Assembly (NCBI RefSeq): GCF_964355755.1
Contig: NC_092675.1
Location: forward strand, 11,527,812 to 11,591,811
DNA: 64,000 nt
Source of the DNA: Antedon mediterranea
Taxonomy: Eukaryota; Animalia; Echinodermata
Direction: 5' to 3'
Shown: positions 39,607 to 52,100 of the stretch, piece after piece
Layout of the letters: each line of letters starts with the position of its first letter
Position numbering within the stretch: the first letter of the stretch is position 1
Notes under the pieces: generated by a model
Database searches by the model: none
Seen by the model: the letters and a program-made list of their open reading frames with translations, nothing else
Told to the model about the DNA's origin: nothing
Made by a program: the position numbers and the translations under genes

Positions 39607-40198
39607 CTACAAAAGAAGAAAAGAATTGCATTTACTAAACGAAAAGTGATACCTAATGATGTTAATAATAATCATAATGAATGATTTTTGTATGTATGTA
39701 TGTATTTTTGTTATGCAGAAGGCTGGTGCCGAATTTGACATTTTTAACATTCCAAATTGAAAATATATTCTTTATGGATGACAAAACATTATGTTTTGTC
39801 ATCCATAAAGATTTCTTGTATTGTTACCTTCTACACAAAAGCTCATGTCTAAGGCCCATGTTCAAATAATTTGCAGTAGTATAAAACAAATAATGAATTT
39901 TTATATTTGTTAAATGGAGAGAATACAATATTTCATTCGGTGAAAGATTGATTGCTCTCATGAAATATTCTCAGCACTCAACACAAACATTCATTTGTAT
40001 TACATTTTAAGTTGGCTTTGCTACAAGTTGTTCTTCCAGTATACTGTAAAATGAAACACTAGCACATTTGGATTGACCCACAATGCATTTCAGAATGCAT
40101 TTTAAATGCCAGTATTGTCCGTTTTTTAAGTGTATGATTTTAAGACAGTTGAATCGAGGCTTTTGTTTTGAAATAGTAACACTGACTGATAAATTCAC

Positions 40199-40336
40199 CA
40201 TTTTGATTAAAATGACTGGCTACAGATCCAAGTAAACTCCCCTCTCTACGCATCCTTTTCTTTGTGTCTTTTGCTTCTTTCCATCGTACAAGGAATTTCT
40301 TCTCAGTGCTGCTAATTTCCTTACCATCCAATACAG
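40199..40336 (-). CDS. PPP1R42: PPP1R42 coding exon 5
   Basis: VLDGKEISSTEKKFLVRWKEAKD resembles the PPP1R42 LRR cap region; ag/gt sites, phase 1-1. Confidence 0.9.
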
Positions 40337-40526
40337 CTAATTACAAACAACAATTAAATAATTAATTTTTTCATAGCTTAATTTTAACAGAATAACTATA
40401 ATTACAAATTGTTATGGATTTTGCATCACCAAGGACTGAAATAGTAAATCATTTTAAATCAAATTAATTTTAAGTTTTAAGAAATCAAAAGGAACAATTT
40501 TTATTAACAAGAAAAAACATTATTAC

Positions 40527-40761
40527 CCAAGTTTTCATTTAGGACTATGATTTTATCTCTGTATTTTGCTCGATGTGATAGTGGGTTACCGCCAAGCTCG
40601 AGCCTCCATAAATTCCTCCAGTATCCTACTACGCTTGCTAATGCCTTGAAGTCTCTTAGAGCATTATCATTCGCCATGAACTGGGCAATATTCTGTAAAC
40701 AACGCAACTCACTGATGTCATTCAGATTATTTCCAGAAACATTTAAAACTTGTAAACACAT
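40527..40761 (-). CDS. PPP1R42: PPP1R42 coding exon 4
   Basis: LRRs LQVLNVSGNNL...LWRLELGGNPL..KYRDKII; ag/gt sites, phase 0-1. Confidence 0.9.
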
Positions 40762-41090
40762 CTGAAATAGAAACAGTTTTAAAAACATAACAATTATATA
40801 CTGCAGAAAAATAATAGTATCCCTAAGTAAGAAACAATCTTGTGTACAACAAGGGTTGCTTTCAATAATTTATTTCACGTGCAGAGAGAGAAAGCTGTAA
40901 TGTAGCCTAGGCCTAGTCTTCATGTTTTCGGATTATTCAAGCACGACAGGAGGTCAGTCCAGAATATAAATAGCTGCTTCGCAGCAATAACTGATTTAAA
41001 TTGAGATGGAATAAAATATAATGAAAATCCATATTTTAGCAGAAAAAGCCCAACTTTTCTCATTTTGGTACAAAAGCCAAGATGGATTTA

Positions 41091-42009
<919 letters not shown>

Positions 42010-42112
42010 CTACTTTATTCTATTTTTTTGAATATTTTGTATGCAGAAGTTTACAAACTAAATTACTTTAATTACAAAGTAAGTACAAATACAAAAACAA
42101 TAATAGTATTTA

Positions 42113-42304
<192 letters not shown>

Positions 42305-43345
42305 CTAGAATTTAATTCGTCACTTTGACAAATTATAGGTGATCATTTTTATTATTTTATTTTTAATTTTTTATTTACTTTTAAATCATGCACGTTTGTT
42401 GAAATACGATCGCAAAATGTTGATGTATACCAATGCCATCCTATGACCCGATGCCTATAATCCTGTGTCATATAGAATATATACAGTACTGTTTATACTG
42501 TATATTTATATACAGTGTAGCATAGGTGAAATTATGGGACCGAAATCATGTTGTAATTTTTGGGTATGATGACGTTATAAAAAAAAAATTGAAGATGACA
42601 ATTTTGGAAGATAATGAAATGAGCAAACAAATATAAGGTTTGGAAGTAAATTTAGCATGTAGAAACGCGGTGCACGCTCTTTGAAATGTGTATAACTTGG
42701 CTAAAGAAATTTACAAACTACTTTTTAACTTGAACTGGCCATATGATAACGTCACAACATACAATAAACTTAATTTTTATAAGAATTCATATCTACATTT
42801 CATCAGCTTTCATAATAAATTATAATTATCAAGGTAACCTTCAATTCTGAAGAGCTGTAAATATTTCAAATATACAGCGAAGGTGAAATTACAACCTACG
42901 TTATTCAAGTTTGTACGCATTATGACGTCATTAAAATGAAAATGGTGGCAACTCATGAGAAAGTCAATTAATTGAGCAATCACATACTCAAATTTGAATG
43001 AAAATCAGGTACAAAATAACTGAGATACGCTGAGTTGAATGTGGTATCTATCTATGACAAAAGAGAAAAAACCTAATTTTTAAATTCAAGTTGCCATTTT
43101 GTAGTTACATGAATTCATATCTACAACTCAATGGCTTCCATCCAGAATAAGTTGAAAAAAATGGGGTCATAGTGCATTCTGAAGAATTATTTTCATTTAA
43201 GAAATGCCCTATTTTAAAACCATTTTCATCACTTTTGTGCAATTAATGTGCGTATTTTGTCTTTTTTAATCTGCTCGTATAGCATTATTTTAAGTCGGAA
43301 TGGATTCACATGACCCCACGTGCACATGCGTTTTTATTTGCTAAT
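42305..43345 (-). mobile_element. Type A non-autonomous Helentron, 5'-truncated
   Basis: Reverse-complement type A tail at 42305 (one hairpin mismatch) and body; no head. Confidence 0.8.
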
Positions 43346-44465
43346 ATGATCACCTATTGTTATTGTATGAAATCTTTATTATTTATTTATCTCTGTACAG
43401 ATTTTGTGTAACAAATATCTCAAAAAGTTAAATGTCAATGATCACAAATTTTTTCACAATGTCTTAACTTAATCCTAATCTTTTCAGTGTGATCACTCAT
43501 CTGTGACATCATTTATACACCATTTTGTGAAATCACATCAATCATATCTCCATAACTCATCATCACATATCAATAAAATTCACTAAACATGAACTTCAGG
43601 TCAAAGGTAAAAATATTAGCAAAATATAAACTTACACCTTCCAAGGTCATGCACGTGAAATTGCGCGTTAACAATTTTAAAAACTCAGAATTAAGTTTTG
43701 ATCAAATTAGAGCATGGATTAGGCCATTTGCATTTACTGCGCAAAAACACGTTTTTGCGCGCTTGATTCTTAAAAAGCATTAAATAAATATTTTCACAAA
43801 AGTGCTGAAAATGGTAAAAAATAAGGCATTTTTAAAATGAAAATAATTCTTCTGGATGCACGATGACCGCCAACTGTTTTAACTTTTTCTGGAAGCCATT
43901 GAGTTGTAGATATAAATTCATGTAAACATTTGACGTAAAAAATGTTGTGACGTCATCAAATGGCCACTTGAATTTAAAAATTAGGATTTTTTATCTTTTT
44001 TTTGTAGGTAATCACATTCAACATAGCGCATCTTGGTTATTCGAGCCCAATTTTCGCTCAAATTTCAGTATGTGCTTGTTCAATTAATTATCTTTCTCTT
44101 AAGTTGCCATAATTTTCATTTTAATGACGTCATCATGCATAAAAACTTGAATAACGTAGGTCGTGTAATTTCACCTACACCGCATATTTGAATATTTTAC
44201 CTTGATGATTATAATTTATTATGAAAGCTGATGAAATGTAGATATGAATTCATATAAAAATTAAGCCCATCGGATGTTGTGACGTTATCATATGGCAGTA
44301 GTACTTTTTCATCTCTTTCGTCAAAGTTATACGAATTTCAAAGAGCGCGCACCGCGCTTCTACGTTTTTTCTTCCAAATTTTATATTTATTTGCTCAATT
44401 CATTATTTTTTTTAATTGTCATCTTCAAGTTTATTTTGATCATGCCATCATACTAAAAAAGAAGA

Positions 44466-45094
44466 CTAGCCTTCGCGCATAGCGCGATACTTGGCCAAAT
44501 CAAAATTGGCCTCCTGACATTGACCCAATTTTCACCAAAAGTGTATGTCTTATGCTGTGTGATTTAGGCTAATTTCACTACAATCATGTGTATACGAGTT
44601 TGGTGTACAGGTTATGTAACCAGCCTTTCAACGAACAATAGCTTCAGTCGGCTAACAATAGAACACCAACGCTAAAAACAAACGGGTGAATTTGAAAAGA
44701 AATAGGTTTTGTAAACTACTCGCATCAAAAAACCTCTATATTAAATCTAATTTAGTTTTAAAATTACAAATCACAAATTATAACACTTGCCTCTTGTACA
44801 AAAATGAAGTTTTTTGGACAAGTAGTTCCCGAGAAAATGCAATTTAAGTACTTGTTAATTTAAGACTGCTCACCGGCTTTTTATAATTCTGTCCTATCTT
44901 TTAACACTAGCAGGTCTGAAAATAATTTTTAAAAGTGGCCCAGAATTGGAACCGTGGTCCGGATTTTAACCAAAATTGGGCGGTGTCTTCCTTGCACCAG
45001 GTGACATGTATGGTAGAAATTTGGAGTCATTCGAATCAAAACTGTGAGCGCTAGAGTGATGACAAACAAACAAACAAACAAACAAACAAACAAA
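44466..45094 (-). mobile_element. Non-autonomous partner of the autonomous Helentron (body and 3' end; its 5' end is at 53877-53942)
   Basis: Same terminus as 45095 (CTAGCCTTCGCGCATAGCGCGATACTTGGCCAAATC on +); 44650-45094 closely matches 53385-53820; broken inside its (GTTT)n tract. Confidence 0.85.
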
Positions 45095-45630
45095 CTAGCC
45101 TTCGCGCATAGCGCGATACTTGGCCAAATCAAAATTGGCCTCCTAAACAAACTTGACATTGACCGATTTTAACCCGATCAAAGTTCAGTATATGTCATAG
45201 CCGGTATCGTCACTGCACATCGAGCCACTTGCATAAAAACAACCCGATCAAAGATCCGTACATGATATAAACCTCCGTTGTTACATAAAAATATGGACAT
45301 ATTTTTTCTATATTTCATTATTCATTCGTAGCAATTTTGAAACGTTTAAAATTACCTGAAACCTACTCTAATTTCATAAAAAATGAATGTTGACAATTTA
45401 AAAAATGTTAAGCGCAGGTTCGCGTATATGCGCTACGCGCGTAATTATATTGCCATATTATAAAATATGACCTGACATTTATGAGTACCAAATTTTGTTT
45501 AATTATGATAAACAACCCGATCAAAGATCCGTATACGTTATAAACTTTTCTTTTTACATAATAATAAATACATAATTTTTATATGTTTCATTATAAATCA
45601 GGCGTATAATTGAACAAACAATACGGATAT

Positions 45631-45726
45631 AAAAAAATCTTATTTCGTTTTGTTTCCAAGGTGAGACTCGAACACGGTACCACGAGTGGTATAGACGCGA
45701 TCACAGACCATTGAGCCATACGCACA
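45631..45726 (-). ncRNA. tRNA-derived Pol III-like unit (A box, B box, oligo-T), copy 1
   Basis: Minus strand TGGCTCAATGG (45708-45718), GTTCGAGTC (45665-45673), T7 run (45631-45637); stems pair poorly. Confidence 0.5.
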
Positions 45727-45996
45727 TGTTTGAAATTTTAGGAAACAATCATCCGTGTATTTACTATGCAGTAACCACTTTGGTGCAATTTTATTACACA
45801 CGGTTCAGCTGTTATGACCATATGCAAATTTGGTTTCCGGGTGAAATTTTCTTCAGTTTAACAGTTATCGTTTGTATAGTATATACTCTAACTGAACCTA
45901 CATACAGATAGTAAATTATTCACTTAATAGTCATATACATATACAGGTATGTTTTGTAATTTTATCCTGTAATATACAATTAACCACATTTTCATA

Positions 45997-48900
45997 ATGG
46001 CTCGTGCAAAAAGTGCTGCACAAAGACGAAAAGAGCAGAAAATGAAACAACGAGAGGTCCGTGCCTGTCAATCTCAAGAGAAGTTAGAAGAAACTCGCAA
46101 AAAATGTAGGGAAAGAATGGCTCTAAAACGAGAGGCTGAAACACAGGAAGAAAGAAATTTGAGGATCAAAAAGGTGAAATTAACTATGGAAACAAATAGG
46201 GCAAAGGAGACTGAGGAAAAAACTAAGAAAAGGCTTGATGGAGAAAAACATGCAGTGGCCGAAAGACGTAAACAGGAGACTGGGAACCAGACTAAGGAAA
46301 GACTTAAGAAAGAAAAACGTGCAGTGTCTGAAAGACGTAAACAAGAGACTGGGAACCAGACTAAGGAAAGACTTAATAGAGAAAAACGTGCAGTGTCTGA
46401 AAGACGTAAACAAGAGACTGGGAACCAGACTAAGGAAAGACTTAAGAGAGAAAAACGTGCAGTATCTGAAAGACGTAAACAAGAGACTGCGAACCAGACT
46501 AAGGAAAGGGTTGAGAGAGAAAAACGTGCAGTGTCTGAAAGACGTAAACAAGAGACTAGTCAGCAGACTACGGAACGACTTCAGAGAAAACAACTCAGAG
46601 AATCTGAAAGACGGAAAACGGAGACTGGTGTACAGAGAACACTGAGGCTTCGGGAAAAAAGGACTACCGAGTCACTAAGACGTGAAAACGAGTGCTCGGA
46701 CAAACGGTCGAAAAGACTGAAAAATAGCCGATTAACAATGCAAAATATAAAACAACTAAGACGTACAAAAATACCTAGTAACGATGATATTGTGTCCGAT
46801 TTTTTGAAAAATGTTAAGGATTCGGCAGATTATGTGTGCTGCTCTTGTCACCGGATGATGTTCAGAATAACGGTTGTTGAATTACATGGCGATCGCTACC
46901 CAAAAGCTAAACCATCAATGCTGGAAAATGTACTTTCATACAGAATCACATCGGCTCGTGGGAAACAATGGATTTGCAAAACTTGTCATTTAACACTCAA
47001 ACGAGGAAAAATGCCCACGCAAGCAAAAGCTAATAATTTGTCTTTGACTGACCAACCACGAGCGCTAACAAATTTGAATGCTCTTGAACTGAGATTGATA
47101 TGTCAACGAGTTCCTTTCATGAAGATGGTTGGGTTGCCTCGTGGAAAACAACATGGTATCCATGGTCCCGCAGTCAATGTACCAGCAAAACTTGATACAG
47201 TATGTTCTTTATTTCCACGATTACCATCGGAGACACAACTAATTCCAATGAAGTTTAAAAGAAGTTTAAAACATTCCTCGCATTATATCTATGACTATGT
47301 TGATATCGGACGGGTATTAACAGCTTTGAGATACTTGAAAAGAGACAATGTGTGGTACCACGAGATTGATATCAGAGACAATTGGGTTTTGGATGCTGAA
47401 AACGATGACAAAGAGCTCTTTCAAGCTTTAGTATGTACCGGTTCAGATAAAAAATCAGATGAGAATCTAAAAACAGCCGATGAAAACAGTGACTCAGAAC
47501 ATGACGGTCAAAGTGATGGTGAGAAATTTGACCAAGCTTGCACATGCACTGAGGTTGCTGAAACGAGTGGAGTCACATACCAAATTTGTAACGTTGACGA
47601 AAATAGCGATTTGGGGAAATTGAACACAATGGCAAAGGAAAATAACATGAACATTGTCGATGTTCCTGGAGATGGGGATTGTATGTTCTACTGCGTGTGT
47701 TATCAGCTTGAAAGATTAGAGATCACGAAGCTGAATGTCAAGGAGTTACGAAGTTGTCTATCAAAATATATGGTTGACAATGCAGATTGCTATCGAGACT
47801 TTGTTTGTGCTAGCGTAGAATCCAATGGTCTGTCCAATGCAGATACCGAGCAACCAGCTGGCGACGATCGTGCAATTTCCTTGATAAGCGATATCGAAAC
47901 AAGAAAAGAAATACAATGGATAAAATACTTGGACCGTTTAGAATCTGGAACTCAGTGGGGTGAACATATTTCACTACAAGCTATTGCAGATATGTTTTCT
48001 TTGTGCGTGTTTGTTCATACAACAACAAATATGTTAAAGCATTCTGTTCGCTCAAGATCGGAGGTGAAACATAGTTTTCATGTTGGGTTGATTGGACAGT
48101 CTCATTACGTTGTGTTTGAACCTTATGCTCAAGAAAATAATGACAACGATGTCGAGCTGCCTGAATCTGTGTGGCAAAATTATGATGACGATGTTGATCA
48201 ATTATTGGCAGTACATGAGATAAATGAAGAGGGTAATAATGACAGTGATGAAAATGATGCTGAAGATGCTGATGCTTTTGAAGCGGCTTCAAAGATTCGT
48301 GGCTTGCCCTATGAAACTAGCATGGTCAAAGAAAACGCTGATCTTAAAAATAAATTGATAAGTGTCGCTCCAGCCGAATCGGAAAAACCGCAGCCGATAC
48401 TCTGTGATCCTAATTTTGAAGAGCTATCGAATCCTGATAAATATCCTGATGGCAAGAATGCTCTAACAGCTGAAAGACCAATTGAAATAGCTCCACGGAA
48501 ATACTTCAATCAAAGACTTCTTGATGTGGATGGACGTTTTGCGAAATCTATTGAATATCTTCTGAGCGCACAATATGCTGTGGAAAACAAACAAGTTCAG
48601 GGTGACATAAACCACTTTATATTTCGCAGAACGGCCGGAAAACATTGTCATGGTACACGTCTAAATGTTGGCCTTACTAAGAATGTTGAGAAGATGAATG
48701 AACTGATAAAGGGCGACCATGCATACAAGATTCTAAAAAATATACGAGGTACACCTGCCTATTTTCAGACTGTATTCTATGATGTGTTAGCAATGGTGAG
48801 GCAACTTGGAATTCCAACATGGTTCTTCACTGTATCTGCTGCGGATATGCAATGGGCAGATGTGATTCAAACTATAGCTAGACAATATGGGACAACACTT

Positions 48901-49143
48901 TCTGATGATGATGTTCGGAATTTGTCTTTTGCGGACCGTACCATGTGGCTTAGATCAAACCCAGTAACTGCTGCACGACAGTTTCAGTACCGATTGGAGT
49001 TGTTGTTTAAAGATGTTCTGAAATCCAAGGCGCATCCTTTGGGTGAGATTACGGACTACGTTATTCGTATTGAATTTCAGGCTCGAGGGTCTCCGCATGC
49101 GCATACATTACTTTGGGTAAAATATCACCTAAACTTGGCTTGA
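45997..49143 (+). CDS. Helentron RepHel N-terminal half: 23-aa repeats, Cys-rich/DUF6570-like region, OTU protease, HUH Rep motifs 1-2
   Basis: 1048-aa ORF; VDVPGDGDCMF...WGEH...HYV (OTU); PTWFFTVSAADMQW; RIEFQARGSPHAH with the Ser typical of Helentron motif 2. Confidence 0.93.
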   Translation: MARAKSAAQRRKEQKMKQREVRACQSQEKLEETRKKCRERMALKREAETQEERNLRIKKVKLTMETNRAKETEEKTKKRLDGEKHAVAERRKQETGNQTKERLKKEKRAVSERRKQETGNQTKERLNREKRAVSERRKQETGNQTKERLKREKRAVSERRKQETANQTKERVEREKRAVSERRKQETSQQTTERLQRKQLRESERRKTETGVQRTLRLREKRTTESLRRENECSDKRSKRLKNSRLTMQNIKQLRRTKIPSNDDIVSDFLKNVKDSADYVCCSCHRMMFRITVVELHGDRYPKAKPSMLENVLSYRITSARGKQWICKTCHLTLKRGKMPTQAKANNLSLTDQPRALTNLNALELRLICQRVPFMKMVGLPRGKQHGIHGPAVNVPAKLDTVCSLFPRLPSETQLIPMKFKRSLKHSSHYIYDYVDIGRVLTALRYLKRDNVWYHEIDIRDNWVLDAENDDKELFQALVCTGSDKKSDENLKTADENSDSEHDGQSDGEKFDQACTCTEVAETSGVTYQICNVDENSDLGKLNTMAKENNMNIVDVPGDGDCMFYCVCYQLERLEITKLNVKELRSCLSKYMVDNADCYRDFVCASVESNGLSNADTEQPAGDDRAISLISDIETRKEIQWIKYLDRLESGTQWGEHISLQAIADMFSLCVFVHTTTNMLKHSVRSRSEVKHSFHVGLIGQSHYVVFEPYAQENNDNDVELPESVWQNYDDDVDQLLAVHEINEEGNNDSDENDAEDADAFEAASKIRGLPYETSMVKENADLKNKLISVAPAESEKPQPILCDPNFEELSNPDKYPDGKNALTAERPIEIAPRKYFNQRLLDVDGRFAKSIEYLLSAQYAVENKQVQGDINHFIFRRTAGKHCHGTRLNVGLTKNVEKMNELIKGDHAYKILKNIRGTPAYFQTVFYDVLAMVRQLGIPTWFFTVSAADMQWADVIQTIARQYGTTLSDDDVRNLSFADRTMWLRSNPVTAARQFQYRLELLFKDVLKSKAHPLGEITDYVIRIEFQARGSPHAHTLLWVKYHLNLA
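46243..46590 (+). repeat. 69-bp (23-aa) coding tandem repeat, STPR-like
   Basis: Five close copies of EKRAVSERRKQETGNQTKERLxR at 46243, 46312, 46381, 46450, 46519, with diverged ET-containing copies on both sides. Confidence 0.9.
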
Positions 49144-52100
49144 ACTCAGATGAGGAAATATGTCAGTTTATTGATAAATATGTCACTTGTGATGCTTCTG
49201 ATGAAGACAATTCATTTACAAATCTGGTGCAACGGGTGCAAACACATTCACATTCTTCTTACTGTCGGAAAAAGGGTTCGTGTCGTTTTAACTTCCCACA
49301 AGCTCCTAGTATGCAGACAGTTGTGGCAAGAGAACCAGTTGATGACGAAAATGTGGCTGAAATACAGTATGAATCAAAGGAAGTACTCAAGTCTGTCCAC
49401 GATGTATTAACTGATACAGAAACGCCAAATGACATCAGTATGGGAGAGCTTCTTTTTAAAGCAGACGTGGAAGAAGATAAGTACATGAACTCGCTGAAGG
49501 TTTCACAAAAAGGCAACCACATTGTTTTGAAAAGAGTTCCACGTGAAGTATTTGTCAATGCCTACAATCCTACCATATTGAAAGCATGGCAAGCTAACAT
49601 GGACATACAATTCATAGTTGACGCATATGCATGTGTTATGTATGTTGCTGCTTACATGGCAAAGGGTGAGAAAGGTATAGGTGAGCTGATAAAACAAGCA
49701 TGTAGAGAATACAAAGACAAAGATATTAAAGGCATGCTGAGACGTGTTGGGTCTGTGTTCTTGAATCATCGCGAAGTCAGTGCTCAAGAAGCTGTGTACA
49801 GAATCTTATCGATGCCCCTTAAGAAATTCAGCAGAAAGGTACTTTTCGTGAATACCGATGACAAGTCTGAACGTGCCAGTGTACTTAAACCCATGAAAGA
49901 ACTTGAAGGCAAAAATGACACAGATGTGGACATCTTTCAAAAGAATATCATCGATAGATATGTTTCCCGACCAGATACTTTAAGCGATCTTTGTCTAGCA
50001 GAATTTGCGGCAAATTACTCAGTGACCTCTGTTGAAAAAGACGAAGCGGATGACAGTGTTCCATTTGTGCTTGATAACAACGAAGGTATAGTGCAGAACA
50101 CAAGCAGAGATAGGTTGCCCAAACGCATTAAATTGAAAGATGGCAATGGTATGATGTTTAGGCGAAAATTCGAAGCTGTGATACGATTTCGCAAATTCAA
50201 CTCTGAGAAAGATTCCATGAATTTTTATCGAGCAAAACTAATGTTGTATTTGCCATGGCGAGATGAAGAGACTGACTTGATCGGTAACTATCCGGATTTC
50301 GAATCTCATTATCATGCAGTTTGTCGTCGAGTTAGTGACAAGGAAGCAAAATTCACTGAAAACCTTGACCTCATAGATCAAGCAATTCACGAGAATGCAG
50401 TGTATGGGCCCCCAGAACATGCATGGGCAAATGTCGCACCTGGTACGGAACATGCTAATTTGCAAGATGTAAATGAGGGTGTCGAAATTGAACGTCACAT
50501 AGACCAAGAAGACCTAGATGCAAATGCTGCAATGCTTGAGGAACCAAGATGTGGTCCAACGTCAGATTTGATTGCACGTTATCAAATTGAAACTGATAGA
50601 GAACTGCTTTCACCCAGTGATTATAGAAAAATGGTGCGCGGTTTGAATGAGAAACAACAACAAATTGTGTTTTATCATAGAAATTGGTGCAAACATACAG
50701 TTATAGCCATCAAAAACAAACAGAAAGTAATTCCGTACAGAATCTTTCTCAGTGGACCGGGTGGAGCAGGAAAAACTCACGTGATCAGACTGATTCATTC
50801 AGACACCAGAAAGCTGCTTTCACTTTCACGGATCATAAAGCCAAATGATGTGACAGTGCTTCTGACAGCACCAACAGGTGTGGCAGCTTTTAACGTGGGA
50901 GGTATGACAGTCCATTCTGCTTTGCTATTAAGAGTCAAGAAATATGGACAAGGAGGTGAACCACTTACGTTTGAGAAGTTAAACACCCTGCGATCTAAAC
51001 TTGAGAACCTACAACTGGTCATCATTGATGAAGTTTCAATGATTGGTTCCGATTTGCTGCTCAACATTCACAAGCGATTAGATGAAATTAAAGGTCAGTC
51101 TGGTGACGATATTTTGTTTGGCAACGTTTGTATTCTTGCTGTAGGAGACCTATACCAGCTACCGCCTGTGAAACAGTCACCCATTTATGCTCCAGTACAT
51201 GATAGAATGGAGAGACTCAATGGTTCACTGTGGAAAGACCACTTTCAACTACATGAGTTGGATAAAGTTATGCGACAGAAAGATGATCAAGCTTTTGCCG
51301 AAATGCTTTGTCGAATCAGAGTTGGCAAACAAACTGACGATGATATTGAAATGCTGAAATCCCGAGTGATATCTGCAGAAGACGAAAACTATCCGGAAGA
51401 TGCCTTGCATGTATATGCTTTAAATCGTGATGTTGATGAAAGAAATGAGAGGAAACTGGAATGTCTTGCACCGCTTGAAGAACAACGAACTCGTATCTTC
51501 GCGTCGGACGACAAATGTGACAGCACAGGTCTGGTAAATTTAGAGAATATCGCATCTTCTAAAAAACGTTCCGAGACAGCGGGATTGCACACAGTGTTGA
51601 TTCTAACTGAAGGAGCACGAGTCATGCTGACATATAACGTTGACACAGCAGATGGTTTGGTAAATGGCGTCATAGGAACGGTTACATCAGTGGTAAAAAA
51701 CGACAAAGGGAAGGTACTAACTGTTCTTGTTTGCTTTGATAATGAGCAAGTTGGACTAAAGGCGAGATCTACAAGCCAATGGAAAGACATATACCCACTT
51801 GCAGTTCCAATTAAGCGTCATGAAGGTAAATTTGATAAAGGTGGGAAGAAAGGTGCACAAATTGCCCGGAGGCAGTTTCCTTTGACGTTAGCGTGGGCTG
51901 TGACAATTCATAAATGTCAAGGACTCACTGTTGATCAGATTGTTGTTAGTATGAAAAATTCCAGACGGTTTGGACAAGGACAAGCCTATGTGGCATTTAG
52001 TCGTGTGCGATCTTTGAATGGTCTCTTCATCACAGATTTTGACGAGACAGGAATTAGAACCAGCCAAAAAATAGAAACAGAAATGAATGAAATGCGTGAT

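Noticed and set aside
45631-45726. Functional tRNA gene (also 53207-53305)
   Set aside because: A and B boxes are present, but the T stem and D stem pair poorly and no clear cloverleaf forms.
49117-49149. Tiny GT-AG intron repairing the RepHel frameshift
   Set aside because: It is 33 nt, so it keeps the upstream frame and does not reach ORF2; it would also remove conserved-looking residues.
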